Below are positions 19,093-28,541 of a DNA stretch of 64,000 bases, one piece after another (position 1 is the stretch's first letter; each line of letters begins with the position of its first letter). The notes under the pieces are model-generated. The model was not told the DNA's origin and did not search any database. It was given only the letters and a program-made list of their open reading frames with translations. The translations under genes and the position numbers were made by a program. Location: NCBI GenBank assembly GCA_964195945.1, contig CAXMRC010000150.1:16400-80399 (forward strand), given 5' to 3'. The DNA is from an uncultured Gemmatimonadales bacterium (GTDB lineage: Bacteria > Actinomycetota > Acidimicrobiia > Spongiisociales > UBA5794).

Positions 19093-20235
19093 CTACAAGA
19101 CGGGGAGCCCCAAGCTACGGCTGATCACCAACCGCTGGATTTCGGAGGTTCCTTCGCCAATCTCGAGGATCTTGGCGTCCCGATAGAAACGAGCCACAGG
19201 TGAACTCTCCATGAACCCTGCTCCACCGTAGATCTGGGTCGCGATCCGAGTTGCCGAGACCGCCGCCTCGCTTGCGTAGAGCTTGGCCACCGCGGCAGCT
19301 TCTTTGATTGGTCGGCCTGCATCTTTCAATGCCGCGGCACGGTAAGTCAGCATCCGGGCTCCGTCGACCATGACTTTCAGGTCGGCACATTGGAAAGCAA
19401 CACCCTGATTGGCCCCGATTGGCCGGCCAAACGCGTGGCGCGTCTTGGCATAGTCAACCGAAAGCTCCAGACAAGCCTGGGCGAGCCCGACCGCAAGAGC
19501 AGCAATCGCAATCCTGCCGTCATCCAACGTCGCAAGAAACTGGTGAAAGCCGCGCCCCCTGGTACCAAGCAAGTTGTCGGCCGGCACGCGGCAATCCTCA
19601 AAGACGAGGCCTCGGGTGTCGGAGGCGTGCCAACCCATCTTCTTGTAGGCGGGCTCGACAATGAACCCGTCGCTACCCGCGGGCACGATGATCGACGAGA
19701 TCTCGCTGTCTCCGGTCCGCGCCGTGATGGTCACAACTGAAGTCATCTCGGTGCCGGCGTTCGTGATGAAGGCCTTTGACCCATTGATGATCCATTCCTC
19801 GCCGTCGCTGATCGCCTTGGTTCTCGTGGCTCCAGCGTCGGAGCCAGCCTCTGCCTCTGTTAGCCCAAAACCGGCAAGAGCCTGCCCCGCCAGCAGATCG
19901 GGAAGAAACCGTTCTTTCTGTTCCTTGGTTCCGTAGTTGAAAATCGGGTTGATACCGAGCCCAACACCGGCTTCAAGGGTGATTCCCATCGATTGATCAA
20001 CGCGACCAATCTCCTCTATGGCCACGCACAAGGACGTGAAGTCACCGCCCATGCCGCCAACATCCTCAGGAAATGGCAGAGCGAATAGACCAAGCTCCCC
20101 CATTCTCCGCACGGTGTCCGCAGGAAACGTCCCGGACTCGTCCCACTGTGCGGCATAGGGGGCTATCTCGCCTTCGGCAAAGTCGCGCACGACCTTGCGA
20201 AAGGCCTCGTGTTCCTCGCTCAGCTCAAATCTCAC
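19093..20235 (-). CDS. Acyl-CoA dehydrogenase (short/branched-chain type)
   Basis: QIYGGAGFMESSPVARFYRDAKILEIGEGTSEIQR and the ACAD fold throughout. Confidence 0.85.
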   Translation of the reverse strand: MRFELSEEHEAFRKVVRDFAEGEIAPYAAQWDESGTFPADTVRRMGELGLFALPFPEDVGGMGGDFTSLCVAIEEIGRVDQSMGITLEAGVGLGINPIFNYGTKEQKERFLPDLLAGQALAGFGLTEAEAGSDAGATRTKAISDGEEWIINGSKAFITNAGTEMTSVVTITARTGDSEISSIIVPAGSDGFIVEPAYKKMGWHASDTRGLVFEDCRVPADNLLGTRGRGFHQFLATLDDGRIAIAALAVGLAQACLELSVDYAKTRHAFGRPIGANQGVAFQCADLKVMVDGARMLTYRAAALKDAGRPIKEAAAVAKLYASEAAVSATRIATQIYGGAGFMESSPVARFYRDAKILEIGEGTSEIQRLVISRSLGLPVL

Positions 20236-20246
20236 GCTTTTCCCTC

Positions 20247-20861
20247 TCAGCCACGTGTTGGCACGATCCCGTTCCGAATCAGCAAGTCAACAATGTGTTC
20301 CAGCGGTAGCCCGATCACGGTCGAGCGCAAGCCTTCAACCGACTCAACAAACCCCTTGCCCTCCCCTTGCAGCGCATAGGCGCCCGCTTTGTCCAATGGC
20401 TCCCCTGTGGCCGCATATGCCTCGGCCTCCTCGATGGCCACCGGCCGCATCGTCACCCGAGCTGCGTCGATCCCGCTCTCGGTGGGCTGCCCTGCTCTCG
20501 CAAACGCATATCCGGTGTAGACAGTGTGAGTCTTGCCTGCCAGCGACAAGAGCATCGCGGCGGCGTCTGCCTCGTCAGTTGGTTTGCCGTAGATTCGCTC
20601 GCCGAGGACGACGGTTGTGTCGAAGCCCAAAATGCACACGCCGGGGTCCTGCGTGACGGCGACAGCGGCGGTCTTTTCGACGGCCATGCGTACAACGAAG
20701 TCTTCTGGCGGTTCGCCCGGCAGATGAGCTTCATCGATGTCGGGAGCGACCACCCCAAACTCGAATCCAGCCATGCTGAGTAGGAGCCTCCGCCGCGGCG
20801 ATCCGCTTGCGAGCACCAGCGCAGGTTGGGCGATATCAGTCGTATCGGAGTTGGACACCAT
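20247..20861 (-). CDS. maf: Maf-family nucleoside triphosphate pyrophosphatase
   Basis: LVLASGSPRRRLLL, YGKPTDEADA, the Maf fold. Start chosen at MVSNSD; an upstream ATG at 20903 is possible. Confidence 0.8.
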   Translation of the reverse strand: MVSNSDTTDIAQPALVLASGSPRRRLLLSMAGFEFGVVAPDIDEAHLPGEPPEDFVVRMAVEKTAAVAVTQDPGVCILGFDTTVVLGERIYGKPTDEADAAAMLLSLAGKTHTVYTGYAFARAGQPTESGIDAARVTMRPVAIEEAEAYAATGEPLDKAGAYALQGEGKGFVESVEGLRSTVIGLPLEHIVDLLIRNGIVPTRG

Positions 20862-21132
20862 GGCCGCCACGCTAGCGCGATGTCTCGGTCGCGATCGCAA
20901 CAATCGACCAGAATCCCCTCACAAAAACGGAAGTTCCCCCTTGGCTATCGTGTCCTTGGGGGCCACTAATCGCGAAGCAGATGATGTCCGCGAGATCCAG
21001 CAGTCGCGGCTAGACGACGCCAATGAGTACTCCGTCAACACCGTATTGCCTGGTTCAACGTCGGGTATGAGACCGGCGATCCGGCCGCCTGCGAGACGTT
21101 TAACGGCGACATCCAAATCCGCGAGCCGGCGG

Positions 21133-22320
21133 CTATTCGAATGCAGGAATACCGGTAATCGCCTGGCCCAGGATCAGCGTATGGACCTCGTTGGTGCCCT
21201 CGTAGGTGAAAACAGACTCCAGGTTGTTCATATGCCTGATCACCGGGTACTCGAGAGTGATCCCGTTCGCACCAAGCACCGAGCGAGCCTCCCTGGCGAC
21301 ATCGAGCGCCATCCGCACGTTGTCCATCTTGCCGAAACTGATGTCCTCGACACCGGCGGTTCCAGCGTCCTTCATCCGTCCGATATGGATGGCGACGAGC
21401 ATCGCGCGGTTGACCGCGACCATCATTTCGACAAGCTTGCGTTGCGTGAGTTGGAATGCAGCAATCGGCTTCCCGAACTGTTGGCGCTCCTTGGAATAGT
21501 CGAGCGCAGCTTCGTAGCAAGCGCGTGCCGCGCCAACAGCGCCAAACAGAATCCCGAATCGAGCTTCGTTCAGGCACGCCAGGGGCCCCTTGAGACCGAC
21601 GACATCGGAAAGCATCGCGGCGTCAGGCAACCTCACGTCATCAAGAACTAGCTCCGACGTCACAGATGCTCGCAAGGAAAGCTTCTTGTGGATGTCATTT
21701 GTAGAGAACCCAGGGGTATCCCGAGGCACTATGAAACCACGGACACCATCCTCGGTCTGTGCCCAGACGATGGCCACATCGGAGACGCCGCCGTTGGTGA
21801 TCCACATCTTGGACCCGTTGATAACCCAGTCACCTCCATCGCGCCTGGCATGGGTTTTCATGCTTGCCGGGTCACTACCCGAATCGGCTTCTGTCAAGCC
21901 AAAACAGCCGATCAAATCACCGGCCGCCATACCGGGGAGCCACTGTTGCTTCTGCTCTTCCGATCCAAAAGCCCAGATCGGGAACATCGACAGTGAACCC
22001 TGGACAGAAACAAAGCTGCGGGCCCCGGAGTCGCCTGCCTCCAACTCGGTGCAGGCCAAGCCGTACTGGACGGCACTGGTTCCGGCACAGCCGTAACCGT
22101 CGAGATGCATGCCGAGCAGACCCAGGTCTCCCATTTCTTTCGCAAGCTCCTGTGGGAAATAGCCTTCCTCGAACCAGTCGGCCACATATGGCAAGATTCG
22201 ATCGCCGACCCAGGCGCGAACGGTATCTCTCATGAGCCGATCTTCACCGTCAAGAAGTGCATCAACGTTCAGGAAATCTTGCGGATTCGGCTTCCGCGGT
22301 CCTACTGCGCCTTTGGTCAT
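21133..22320 (-). CDS. Acyl-CoA dehydrogenase, glutaryl-CoA dehydrogenase-like
   Basis: GCFGLTEADSGSDPASMKT, ACAD C-terminal motifs. Start at MTKGAVGP with AGGAG SD. Confidence 0.8.
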   Translation of the reverse strand: MTKGAVGPRKPNPQDFLNVDALLDGEDRLMRDTVRAWVGDRILPYVADWFEEGYFPQELAKEMGDLGLLGMHLDGYGCAGTSAVQYGLACTELEAGDSGARSFVSVQGSLSMFPIWAFGSEEQKQQWLPGMAAGDLIGCFGLTEADSGSDPASMKTHARRDGGDWVINGSKMWITNGGVSDVAIVWAQTEDGVRGFIVPRDTPGFSTNDIHKKLSLRASVTSELVLDDVRLPDAAMLSDVVGLKGPLACLNEARFGILFGAVGAARACYEAALDYSKERQQFGKPIAAFQLTQRKLVEMMVAVNRAMLVAIHIGRMKDAGTAGVEDISFGKMDNVRMALDVAREARSVLGANGITLEYPVIRHMNNLESVFTYEGTNEVHTLILGQAITGIPAFE

Positions 22321-22421
22321 TGCCACTCCTGCTCGTTGAGACGACACTGCAATGCTAGAAGTATCCCCACCCAATTCTGACATCATCAGTCCGACGGTGT
22401 CGATCCGGTTATGGTCACCGA

Positions 22422-23444
22422 ATGACTCTAGAACTCCCTAAGCGCACACCACTGGCGTCGCTCCCGACACCACTGGAGCATGCACACCGATTGTCCGACC
22501 ACTGGGGTGGACCTCAGATCTGGATCAAACGGGACGACCTCACGGGGTTCGGGCTTTCTGGAAACAAGGTACGCAAGCTTGAGTTCCACTTTGCGGCTGC
22601 GGCCGAGGCAGGTGCGGACACGGTCATCACCTGTGGCGCTGTCCAGTCGAATCATTCCAGAGCTACTGCATTGGCCGCAGCTCGACTCGGATACCGGGCC
22701 ATCCTCTACCTGAGGAAACCTGCTGAGGTCACCAACCCGGCTCTCCGCGGCAACTACTTGCTCGATAGGCTCGCAGGGGCTGAGATTCGCTTCATCACAC
22801 CAAGCGAATGGGAATTCCGCAATGAGCTGATGGCAGCTGAGGCGGCGGCGGAGGCAAACGCCGGCCATCGATGCTGGGTGATTCCGGAAGGAGCGTCCGA
22901 CGCACTGGGTATGTGGGGATTCGTCGTCGCCATGCGAGAGCTGGCAGATCAGGTGGTGCGGATCCAAGGACGCCCCGTCACGATATGGCACGCCGCGTCA
23001 TCCGGCGGAACTACTGCAGGTATCGGCTGGGCCGCGGACCGGCTCGGCTTGGACATCGGCATCGCGGCATGCTCGATCGGCGATCCAGCAGCCGACATCA
23101 GGGGCAAGGTTGCAGAGATCTGGGCACAGGCAGCGGCAGACGTCGGAGCGAAGGTCCCGACGATTGGCATTGAATACATCGAGCGGCACATCGGTGGAGG
23201 GTACGGCATAGTGAGCGACGAGGATCTACGTATCCAGGCCGAAGCAACATCATTGACGGGTCTTGTCTTTGATCCCACCTACACCGGCAAAGCGCTCAGT
23301 GGGCTGCGGCGCGACATCTCATCTGGCATATACGGGCCGGACGACACCGTCGTGTTCTGGCACACCGGTGGCGGGTTTGCCGTCTTCTCCCACGACTTCA
23401 GCCGAATAGTCGCTGCTGAGGATCGGGACGTTGACTCCTCCTGA
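22422..23444 (+). CDS. PLP-dependent D-cysteine desulfhydrase / ACC deaminase family enzyme
   Basis: LPTPLE, IKRDDLTG, SGNKVRKLEF, GAVQSNHSRATA. Confidence 0.8.
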   Translation: MTLELPKRTPLASLPTPLEHAHRLSDHWGGPQIWIKRDDLTGFGLSGNKVRKLEFHFAAAAEAGADTVITCGAVQSNHSRATALAAARLGYRAILYLRKPAEVTNPALRGNYLLDRLAGAEIRFITPSEWEFRNELMAAEAAAEANAGHRCWVIPEGASDALGMWGFVVAMRELADQVVRIQGRPVTIWHAASSGGTTAGIGWAADRLGLDIGIAACSIGDPAADIRGKVAEIWAQAAADVGAKVPTIGIEYIERHIGGGYGIVSDEDLRIQAEATSLTGLVFDPTYTGKALSGLRRDISSGIYGPDDTVVFWHTGGGFAVFSHDFSRIVAAEDRDVDSS

Positions 23445-24099
23445 CACCGCTCCACGGCAGACCGTCCATATACGCCCAAGATGTCCGGTGGATGGTCGAC
23501 GGCCCGAGGGCATGCAACGCTGCCTTGTGAACGGGACCCGGATAACCCTTGTTCCCGTCGAAGGCATACGCAGGGAAATCCTCCGCCGCGGCCCTCATGA
23601 GACGATCCCGTGTCACCTTCGCCAGTATCGACGCAGTCGCGATCGACAGTGATCTCGAATCACCGCGGACCAACAGGTCTGTTTCACCGCCGCGTGCGAA
23701 ATCCCAGTTTCCATCTAGAAGCAAGTGGTCGTACTCGATAGCAAGGCCGTCCAGCGCCCGCCGTGCCGCCAAAGTCATTGCAGCCGACATCCCCAATTCA
23801 TCGCATTCGCACGGGGAAGCATGCCCCACTGCCCACGACACGCACCAATGGCTGAGGCGATCAAACATTGACTCTCGCTCCCGCTCGGTAAGCATCTTCG
23901 AGTCGCGGACTTTGTAGACCCTCTTCCCTTGCGGCAGGATCGCAGCCCCGACCGTCAGCGGACCGGCCCAGGCTCCTCGCCCGACCTCATCCATACCCAC
24001 TATGGAGGTCTTGCCCTCTGCCCACAGCCTGCGCTCGTGGCGTAGAGAAGGCGACTTCCCCCGGAGCGCGGAACGTAGCGGCGGAACGGTTGTGGCCAT
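23398..24099 (-). CDS. rnhB: Ribonuclease HII
   Basis: IVGMDEVGRGAWAGPLTVGAAIL, D-E-D-D catalytic pattern. Start trimmed to MATTVPPL (ATG 1 nt after the yqgE stop); the long in-frame ORF upstream overlaps yqgE. Confidence 0.8.
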   Translation of the reverse strand: MATTVPPLRSALRGKSPSLRHERRLWAEGKTSIVGMDEVGRGAWAGPLTVGAAILPQGKRVYKVRDSKMLTERERESMFDRLSHWCVSWAVGHASPCECDELGMSAAMTLAARRALDGLAIEYDHLLLDGNWDFARGGETDLLVRGDSRSLSIATASILAKVTRDRLMRAAAEDFPAYAFDGNKGYPGPVHKAALHALGPSTIHRTSWAYMDGLPWSGVRRSQRPDPQQRLFG

Positions 24100-24100
24100 C

Positions 24101-24646
24101 TCAGTTCGTCGAGAGATCATGCGGATATTGGGCATAGACGCGCAGCCGCCCTGGCTGGCGACGCAACACCCGCACCCACAGATCCGCAGGGTCGCCGAAG
24201 ACATCTGCAACGATTGGGTCGAGAATGAACCAAGAATCGATAGCCAGCTCCACTTCGAGCTGACCCGCATCCCAACCGGAATAGCCTGCATACACACGGA
24301 CTCGCTCGGGAAGAGCCTCGGGGTCGGGGGCATCTGTCAAGTCGATGAAACCGACGCCCGAAAATAGGTTCCCGCCTCCGGAGTCTGTCGCATCTGACCA
24401 TTCGGCCACTCCAACGGCAATCTCATTGTTGACAGGACCGCCGACGTAAACCACCGCCGGCTCAGCGAACAACTCGGCCCAAGCAGGAAGATGTTCGGCT
24501 GCGGATTCTTCAGTTGGCCGGTTCAAGATCGTGCCGAGCGCACCGTCTTCGCCGTGCTCGAAGACAAGCACAACAGTCCTATAGAAATTGGGATCCCGCA
24601 TCTCGGGGTTCGCCACCAAGAGTTTCCCGGTAAATGATGCTGCCAT
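24101..24646 (-). CDS. YqgE/AlgH family protein (UPF0301)
   Basis: LLVANPEMRDPNFYRTVVLVFEHGEDGALGTILNRP. Confidence 0.8.
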   Translation of the reverse strand: MAASFTGKLLVANPEMRDPNFYRTVVLVFEHGEDGALGTILNRPTEESAAEHLPAWAELFAEPAVVYVGGPVNNEIAVGVAEWSDATDSGGGNLFSGVGFIDLTDAPDPEALPERVRVYAGYSGWDAGQLEVELAIDSWFILDPIVADVFGDPADLWVRVLRRQPGRLRVYAQYPHDLSTN

Positions 24647-24732
24647 ATCAGTTCTCCGTCGCCACTCGACCCTACCTCAAGTCCAGAGTGTGTACTTGTG
24701 TCAGAGTATTGTGACCCAAAGGAGGTGGCGAC

Positions 24733-25362
24733 ATGGAATTGACGAGTACAAGCTTTGCCGACGGCGCAAAGGTTCTCGGTGAGTTTGCGTTCTGCGTACC
24801 AGATCCCGACACCCACGCGACTTTTGGAGGCAATCGAAATCCACAACTCGCATGGACTGGCGCTCCGAAGGAAACGCAGTCGTTCGCTCTGATCTGCCAC
24901 GACCCAGATGTCCCGACTAAACCAGACGATGTGAATCAAGAAGGTCGCGAGGTTCCAAGCGATCTGCCGCGAACCGACTTTTTCCACTGGCTGGTGGCGA
25001 ACCTCCCTCGCGACCTATCCGAGATCGGTGCCGGTGCCTTTGCCGATGGTGTCGTACCGAGAGGACAGCAGGTTGCTGCAGGACCACACGGCAGCCACCA
25101 AGGACTCAATGATTACACAAGTTGGTTCGCCGGCGACCCGGACATGGAGGGCGACTACTTCGGATACGACGGCCCATGCCCGCCGTGGAACGACAGCATC
25201 ATCCACCGCTACGTGTTCACCGTCTATGCACTGGATGTTTCGCATCTAGAGCTCCCAGATGCGTACCACGGCGCAGCTTTGCGAGCGGCGATCGAGGGCG
25301 ACGTTCTCAGCGAGGCATCGATAACCGGGACCTACACACTCAACCCCCGCCTGGGCGCTTAG
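24733..25362 (+). CDS. YbhB/YbcL family PEBP (Raf-kinase-inhibitor-like) protein
   Basis: NPQLAWTGAP, ALICHDPDVP, HRYVFTVYALD. Confidence 0.85.
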   Translation: MELTSTSFADGAKVLGEFAFCVPDPDTHATFGGNRNPQLAWTGAPKETQSFALICHDPDVPTKPDDVNQEGREVPSDLPRTDFFHWLVANLPRDLSEIGAGAFADGVVPRGQQVAAGPHGSHQGLNDYTSWFAGDPDMEGDYFGYDGPCPPWNDSIIHRYVFTVYALDVSHLELPDAYHGAALRAAIEGDVLSEASITGTYTLNPRLGA

Positions 25363-25405
25363 TCCCGCAGAATTGCGTTCGCCAAGCGCTAGGGTTCCAC
25401 GCCTT

Positions 25406-26449
25406 ATGCAACAGACAGATCTTTCCTCCCTCCCCAAAGTGGAGCTGCACAACCATCTCGACGGAGGTCTACGCGTCGAGACTGTGATCACGCTCGCAGC
25501 CGCTATCAACTATGACCACTTGCCGAGCACAGATACCACCGAACTCGCGGCTTGGTTCCTCCAGGACGAATCAGGATCCCTCGAGCAATACCTGGCCGGT
25601 TTTGAGCACACCATCGCCGTCATGCAGACCAAGCCAGCGATCGAGCAGGTCGCATTCGAATCAGGGCTCGATCTGTCGGCCGACGGGGTTGTCTATGCAG
25701 AGATTCGGTTCGCACCGAGCCTCAACACTCGTCTTGGCCTAGCGCGGGAAGATGCGATCGAAGCTGCATTGCTGGGTTTTGAGCGCGCCGAAGCAGCAAC
25801 CGGAATCAAGATGCGTCTCCTTGTGGACGCTATGCGCAATGAGCCGGACTCCATTGCGGCCGCCAAAGCTGCGGTGCGCTTTGCCGATCAAGGTGTCGTC
25901 GGCTTCGATCTTGCCGGCCCTGAATTCGGGTTTCCTGCTGACGACCACGCCAACGCATGCCACCTGGCAAGCGACAATGGCCTCGGCCTGACCATCCACG
26001 CCGGCGAAGCCGACGGCCCCGACAGTATCCGTAGGGCCATCGATGGCTGTGGCGCACAGAGGATTGGACACGGGATTCGTATCGTGGACGACATTGACGC
26101 CGAGGATGACGTTATTGCGCGGATCGGCGATGTTGCCGCCATGGTGCGTGACCGCCAGATACCGCTCGAAGTGTGTCCGACATCCAACCTCCACACGCTC
26201 GGCATCCAACCGACCAGTCATCCCCTCGGGTTCTTGGCCCGCAACGGGTTCAATGTCACACTCAATACCGACAATCGTTTGATGAGTGCGGTAACCCTCA
26301 CCGATGAGTTTGCGTTTGCTGCTGAACACCACGGATTCGGTCTTGCGGATTTCCGGCGGGTGACGCTTGCTGCGCTGGACGCGGCATTCATCGACGAGAG
26401 CGTTAGATCACCCCTGCGCTCCATCGTGCTCGCAGGCTACGTCAGCTGA
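25406..26449 (+). CDS. add: Adenosine deaminase
   Basis: VELHNHLDGGLR, HAGE, SLNTDN. Start at MQQTDLSSLPK. Confidence 0.85.
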   Translation: MQQTDLSSLPKVELHNHLDGGLRVETVITLAAAINYDHLPSTDTTELAAWFLQDESGSLEQYLAGFEHTIAVMQTKPAIEQVAFESGLDLSADGVVYAEIRFAPSLNTRLGLAREDAIEAALLGFERAEAATGIKMRLLVDAMRNEPDSIAAAKAAVRFADQGVVGFDLAGPEFGFPADDHANACHLASDNGLGLTIHAGEADGPDSIRRAIDGCGAQRIGHGIRIVDDIDAEDDVIARIGDVAAMVRDRQIPLEVCPTSNLHTLGIQPTSHPLGFLARNGFNVTLNTDNRLMSAVTLTDEFAFAAEHHGFGLADFRRVTLAALDAAFIDESVRSPLRSIVLAGYVS

Positions 26450-27246
26450 GCCCTTAACCAGGTCGCCACGAACCCCATCACATCCTCTTGTTCCGGTTCG
26501 TTGTGGGTTTCGTGGCGCAGGCCTGCAAACAGCTTCCGTTCCACCCCGGGGAGTGCCGCCAAGGGCGCCGACGCACGAGGAGGAACCAGTTCATCGTCGG
26601 CGCCATGAATGACGAGGGTCGGTGTGGTGAGGCGGTTGAGCTTGTCTTTGATGTTGTCCATCTGACTCAAGAACACGGCGCCAAAGCGAGCAGTTGTTTT
26701 CGTTTGAACGAGCGGGTCTGCGAAGTACTTCTTTCCAACCGCAGGGTCACGGGAGAGTTGTTCGCCTTTGATCGAGCTGGGAAAGTACATCCCGGGCCGG
26801 ATCCGGCTCATGACTTTGGCAGCGAGACGAAGCGGAGCAGGTACATCGGCCGACAGTGCCGGGGCTGACAACACAAACAGGTCAGGCTGTGGTCTAACAC
26901 TTACCCCATAGGAGGCAGCCACCAACCCGCCCATCGAGTGACCGTAGATGACCGAGGGGACGTCCTTTGGCATCTCGCCAAGCACCACCTCCACGTCATC
27001 CAGGTACTCATCGAATGACCCGAGGTCCATCCTGTCGCCACCGGATGCCCCATGACCACGCTGGTCGAACGCCAAGACGCAGAAGCCCTGGGCGACGAGA
27101 TAATCACCGACATGTTCGTACCGTCCGGAGTGCTCACCGAGACCGTGCACGATCAGCACCCGTGCGATGGGGTTCTCGCAGGCCCAATGCCTGATGAGAA
27201 GGCCCAAACCGTCGTTCGCCATCAGTTGCGACGTCGTGCTGGTCAT
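26437..27246 (-). CDS. Alpha/beta hydrolase (lysophospholipase/monoglyceride-lipase-like)
   Basis: GHSMGG nucleophile elbow, HG oxyanion motif (LIVHGLGEHSGRY). Confidence 0.8.
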   Translation of the reverse strand: MTSTTSQLMANDGLGLLIRHWACENPIARVLIVHGLGEHSGRYEHVGDYLVAQGFCVLAFDQRGHGASGGDRMDLGSFDEYLDDVEVVLGEMPKDVPSVIYGHSMGGLVAASYGVSVRPQPDLFVLSAPALSADVPAPLRLAAKVMSRIRPGMYFPSSIKGEQLSRDPAVGKKYFADPLVQTKTTARFGAVFLSQMDNIKDKLNRLTTPTLVIHGADDELVPPRASAPLAALPGVERKLFAGLRHETHNEPEQEDVMGFVATWLRAQLT

Positions 27247-27977
27247 ACCGTTCCTCCGGTTGCGAGTGCTGCGCCGATGATGCCCGCACGGTTCCGGAAT
27301 CGCGCAGGAGCGATGGTTGCTCTCGTGTCCAACAAATCCGAGTAGCGATCAAAGTTCTTCGAGATTCCTCCGCCAAGGATGATGTGATCCGGGGGTACCA
27401 CCCGTTCCAAATAGTTCAAGAACTCATTCAGGCGAACCGCCCACTCCCGTTCCGCGAGACCCTCATTTACGAGACGGGCCGCCGCGTAGAGCTCGGCATC
27501 CTCGCCTTTGAATTCCAGATGGCCTAGCTCGGTGTTAGGTACGAGGGCCCCGTCGATGAACAAGGCGCTGCCGATACCCGTCCCCAAGGTCAACAAGAGG
27601 ACAACGCCAAAGCGATCTCGGGCCGCTCCCCACATGTTCTCTGCTAGCCCGGCTGCATCCGCATCATTCAGGACGGTGACGGGCAACCCCAGCCGTCCGG
27701 TCAGGTCCGCCCCGGCGTCGGTGCCTATCCACGAGTCGTCGATATTGGCAGCCGTATAGGCCACCCCTGATCGGACGATTGCGGGCAAAGCGCAACCAAC
27801 CGGCCCCGTCCAGCCGAAATGAGAAACCAACTCGCCGATGACGTCGTAGACGGCCTCTGGAGTCGACGGTTGCGGCGTGGGTATACGCATGCGTTTCACC
27901 ACGCGTTTTCCTGTTGCGAGCTCAACGGGAGCAGCCTTGATCCCGCTACCCCCTACATCGATTCCCAGGGCCTCCAT
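27243..27977 (-). CDS. ppgK: Polyphosphate glucokinase (ROK family)
   Basis: MEALGIDVGGSGIK at the N-terminus, ROK fold. GAGAGGA SD before the ATG at 27977. Confidence 0.8.
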   Translation of the reverse strand: MEALGIDVGGSGIKAAPVELATGKRVVKRMRIPTPQPSTPEAVYDVIGELVSHFGWTGPVGCALPAIVRSGVAYTAANIDDSWIGTDAGADLTGRLGLPVTVLNDADAAGLAENMWGAARDRFGVVLLLTLGTGIGSALFIDGALVPNTELGHLEFKGEDAELYAAARLVNEGLAEREWAVRLNEFLNYLERVVPPDHIILGGGISKNFDRYSDLLDTRATIAPARFRNRAGIIGAALATGGTV

Positions 27978-27987
27978 GATGTCCTCT

Positions 27988-28527
27988 CTACGTGCCCGAT
28001 CGCACAATCGTACAAAACCGGGCATTCTCTTGCTGCGGCCACGCTACCTGGACGCGTAGCCCACCGGGGTATTCGGGGAAATCTCGACCGAGAGGGGTGC
28101 AACCGACGAACCCGTTCGCTGTCAACCGTTGCGCTGCGCTCTCCGCCGAACTGGGAAGGCTGGCAACGAACCACGGCGATTCCGGTTGCCCATGGGGCAG
28201 GCGTAACCCTGGTACCTGGGTGAGGCTGGCGGCCAGATGTCGTGCGTCGCGAACCGTCGACCCAGTAAGACCGTGCGGGAGGTCATGCGAGATTTCGAGC
28301 ACCACAGCCGGGGGCGGCGGGCTGGCCTCAAACCGGCCGAAGTAATTGGGCTCTTCCACGATGAACAGTCGGTTCGTGGGAGCCGCGATCGTCTCCCATA
28401 CGGTGCGACCGCCGACCACAGGGACCTCGACCACCCCCGCCAGCCCGGCAAGGTCGCGGAACCATGATGCTCGCGACAGCGCGACTCCATCCATTCCCTG
28501 TTCTGTGGCGATCGCAAGGAGGTCCAC
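27988..28527 (-). pseudogene. Remnant of the glycine dehydrogenase N-terminal subunit (gcvPA-like), internally and N-terminally truncated
   Basis: 179-aa ORF. ...LFIVEEPNYFGRFEA matches the GcvPA (V)QxPNFFG block, and PWFVASLP...ANGFVGCTPLGRDFP...LRVQVAW matches the GcvPA C-terminal block PFFNEFVV...HGIIGGYDLG...LIAVTE. About 270 aa of the 450-aa protein, including the PLP region, are absent. No gcvPB follows. Confidence 0.45.
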
Positions 28528-28541
28528 TCGGCGTCACGGAA

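Noticed and set aside
20919-21116. 65-aa minus-strand ORF between gcdH-like and maf, considered as an AccE-like small subunit
   Set aside because: It has no Ala-rich AccE signature. The neighbour is an acyl-CoA dehydrogenase, not accD. There is no SD.
24100-24333. N-terminal 78 codons of the table ORF for RNase HII
   Set aside because: They overlap yqgE completely and are Cys/Ser-rich low-complexity. The ATG at 24099, immediately after the yqgE stop, gives a normal 233-aa RNase HII.
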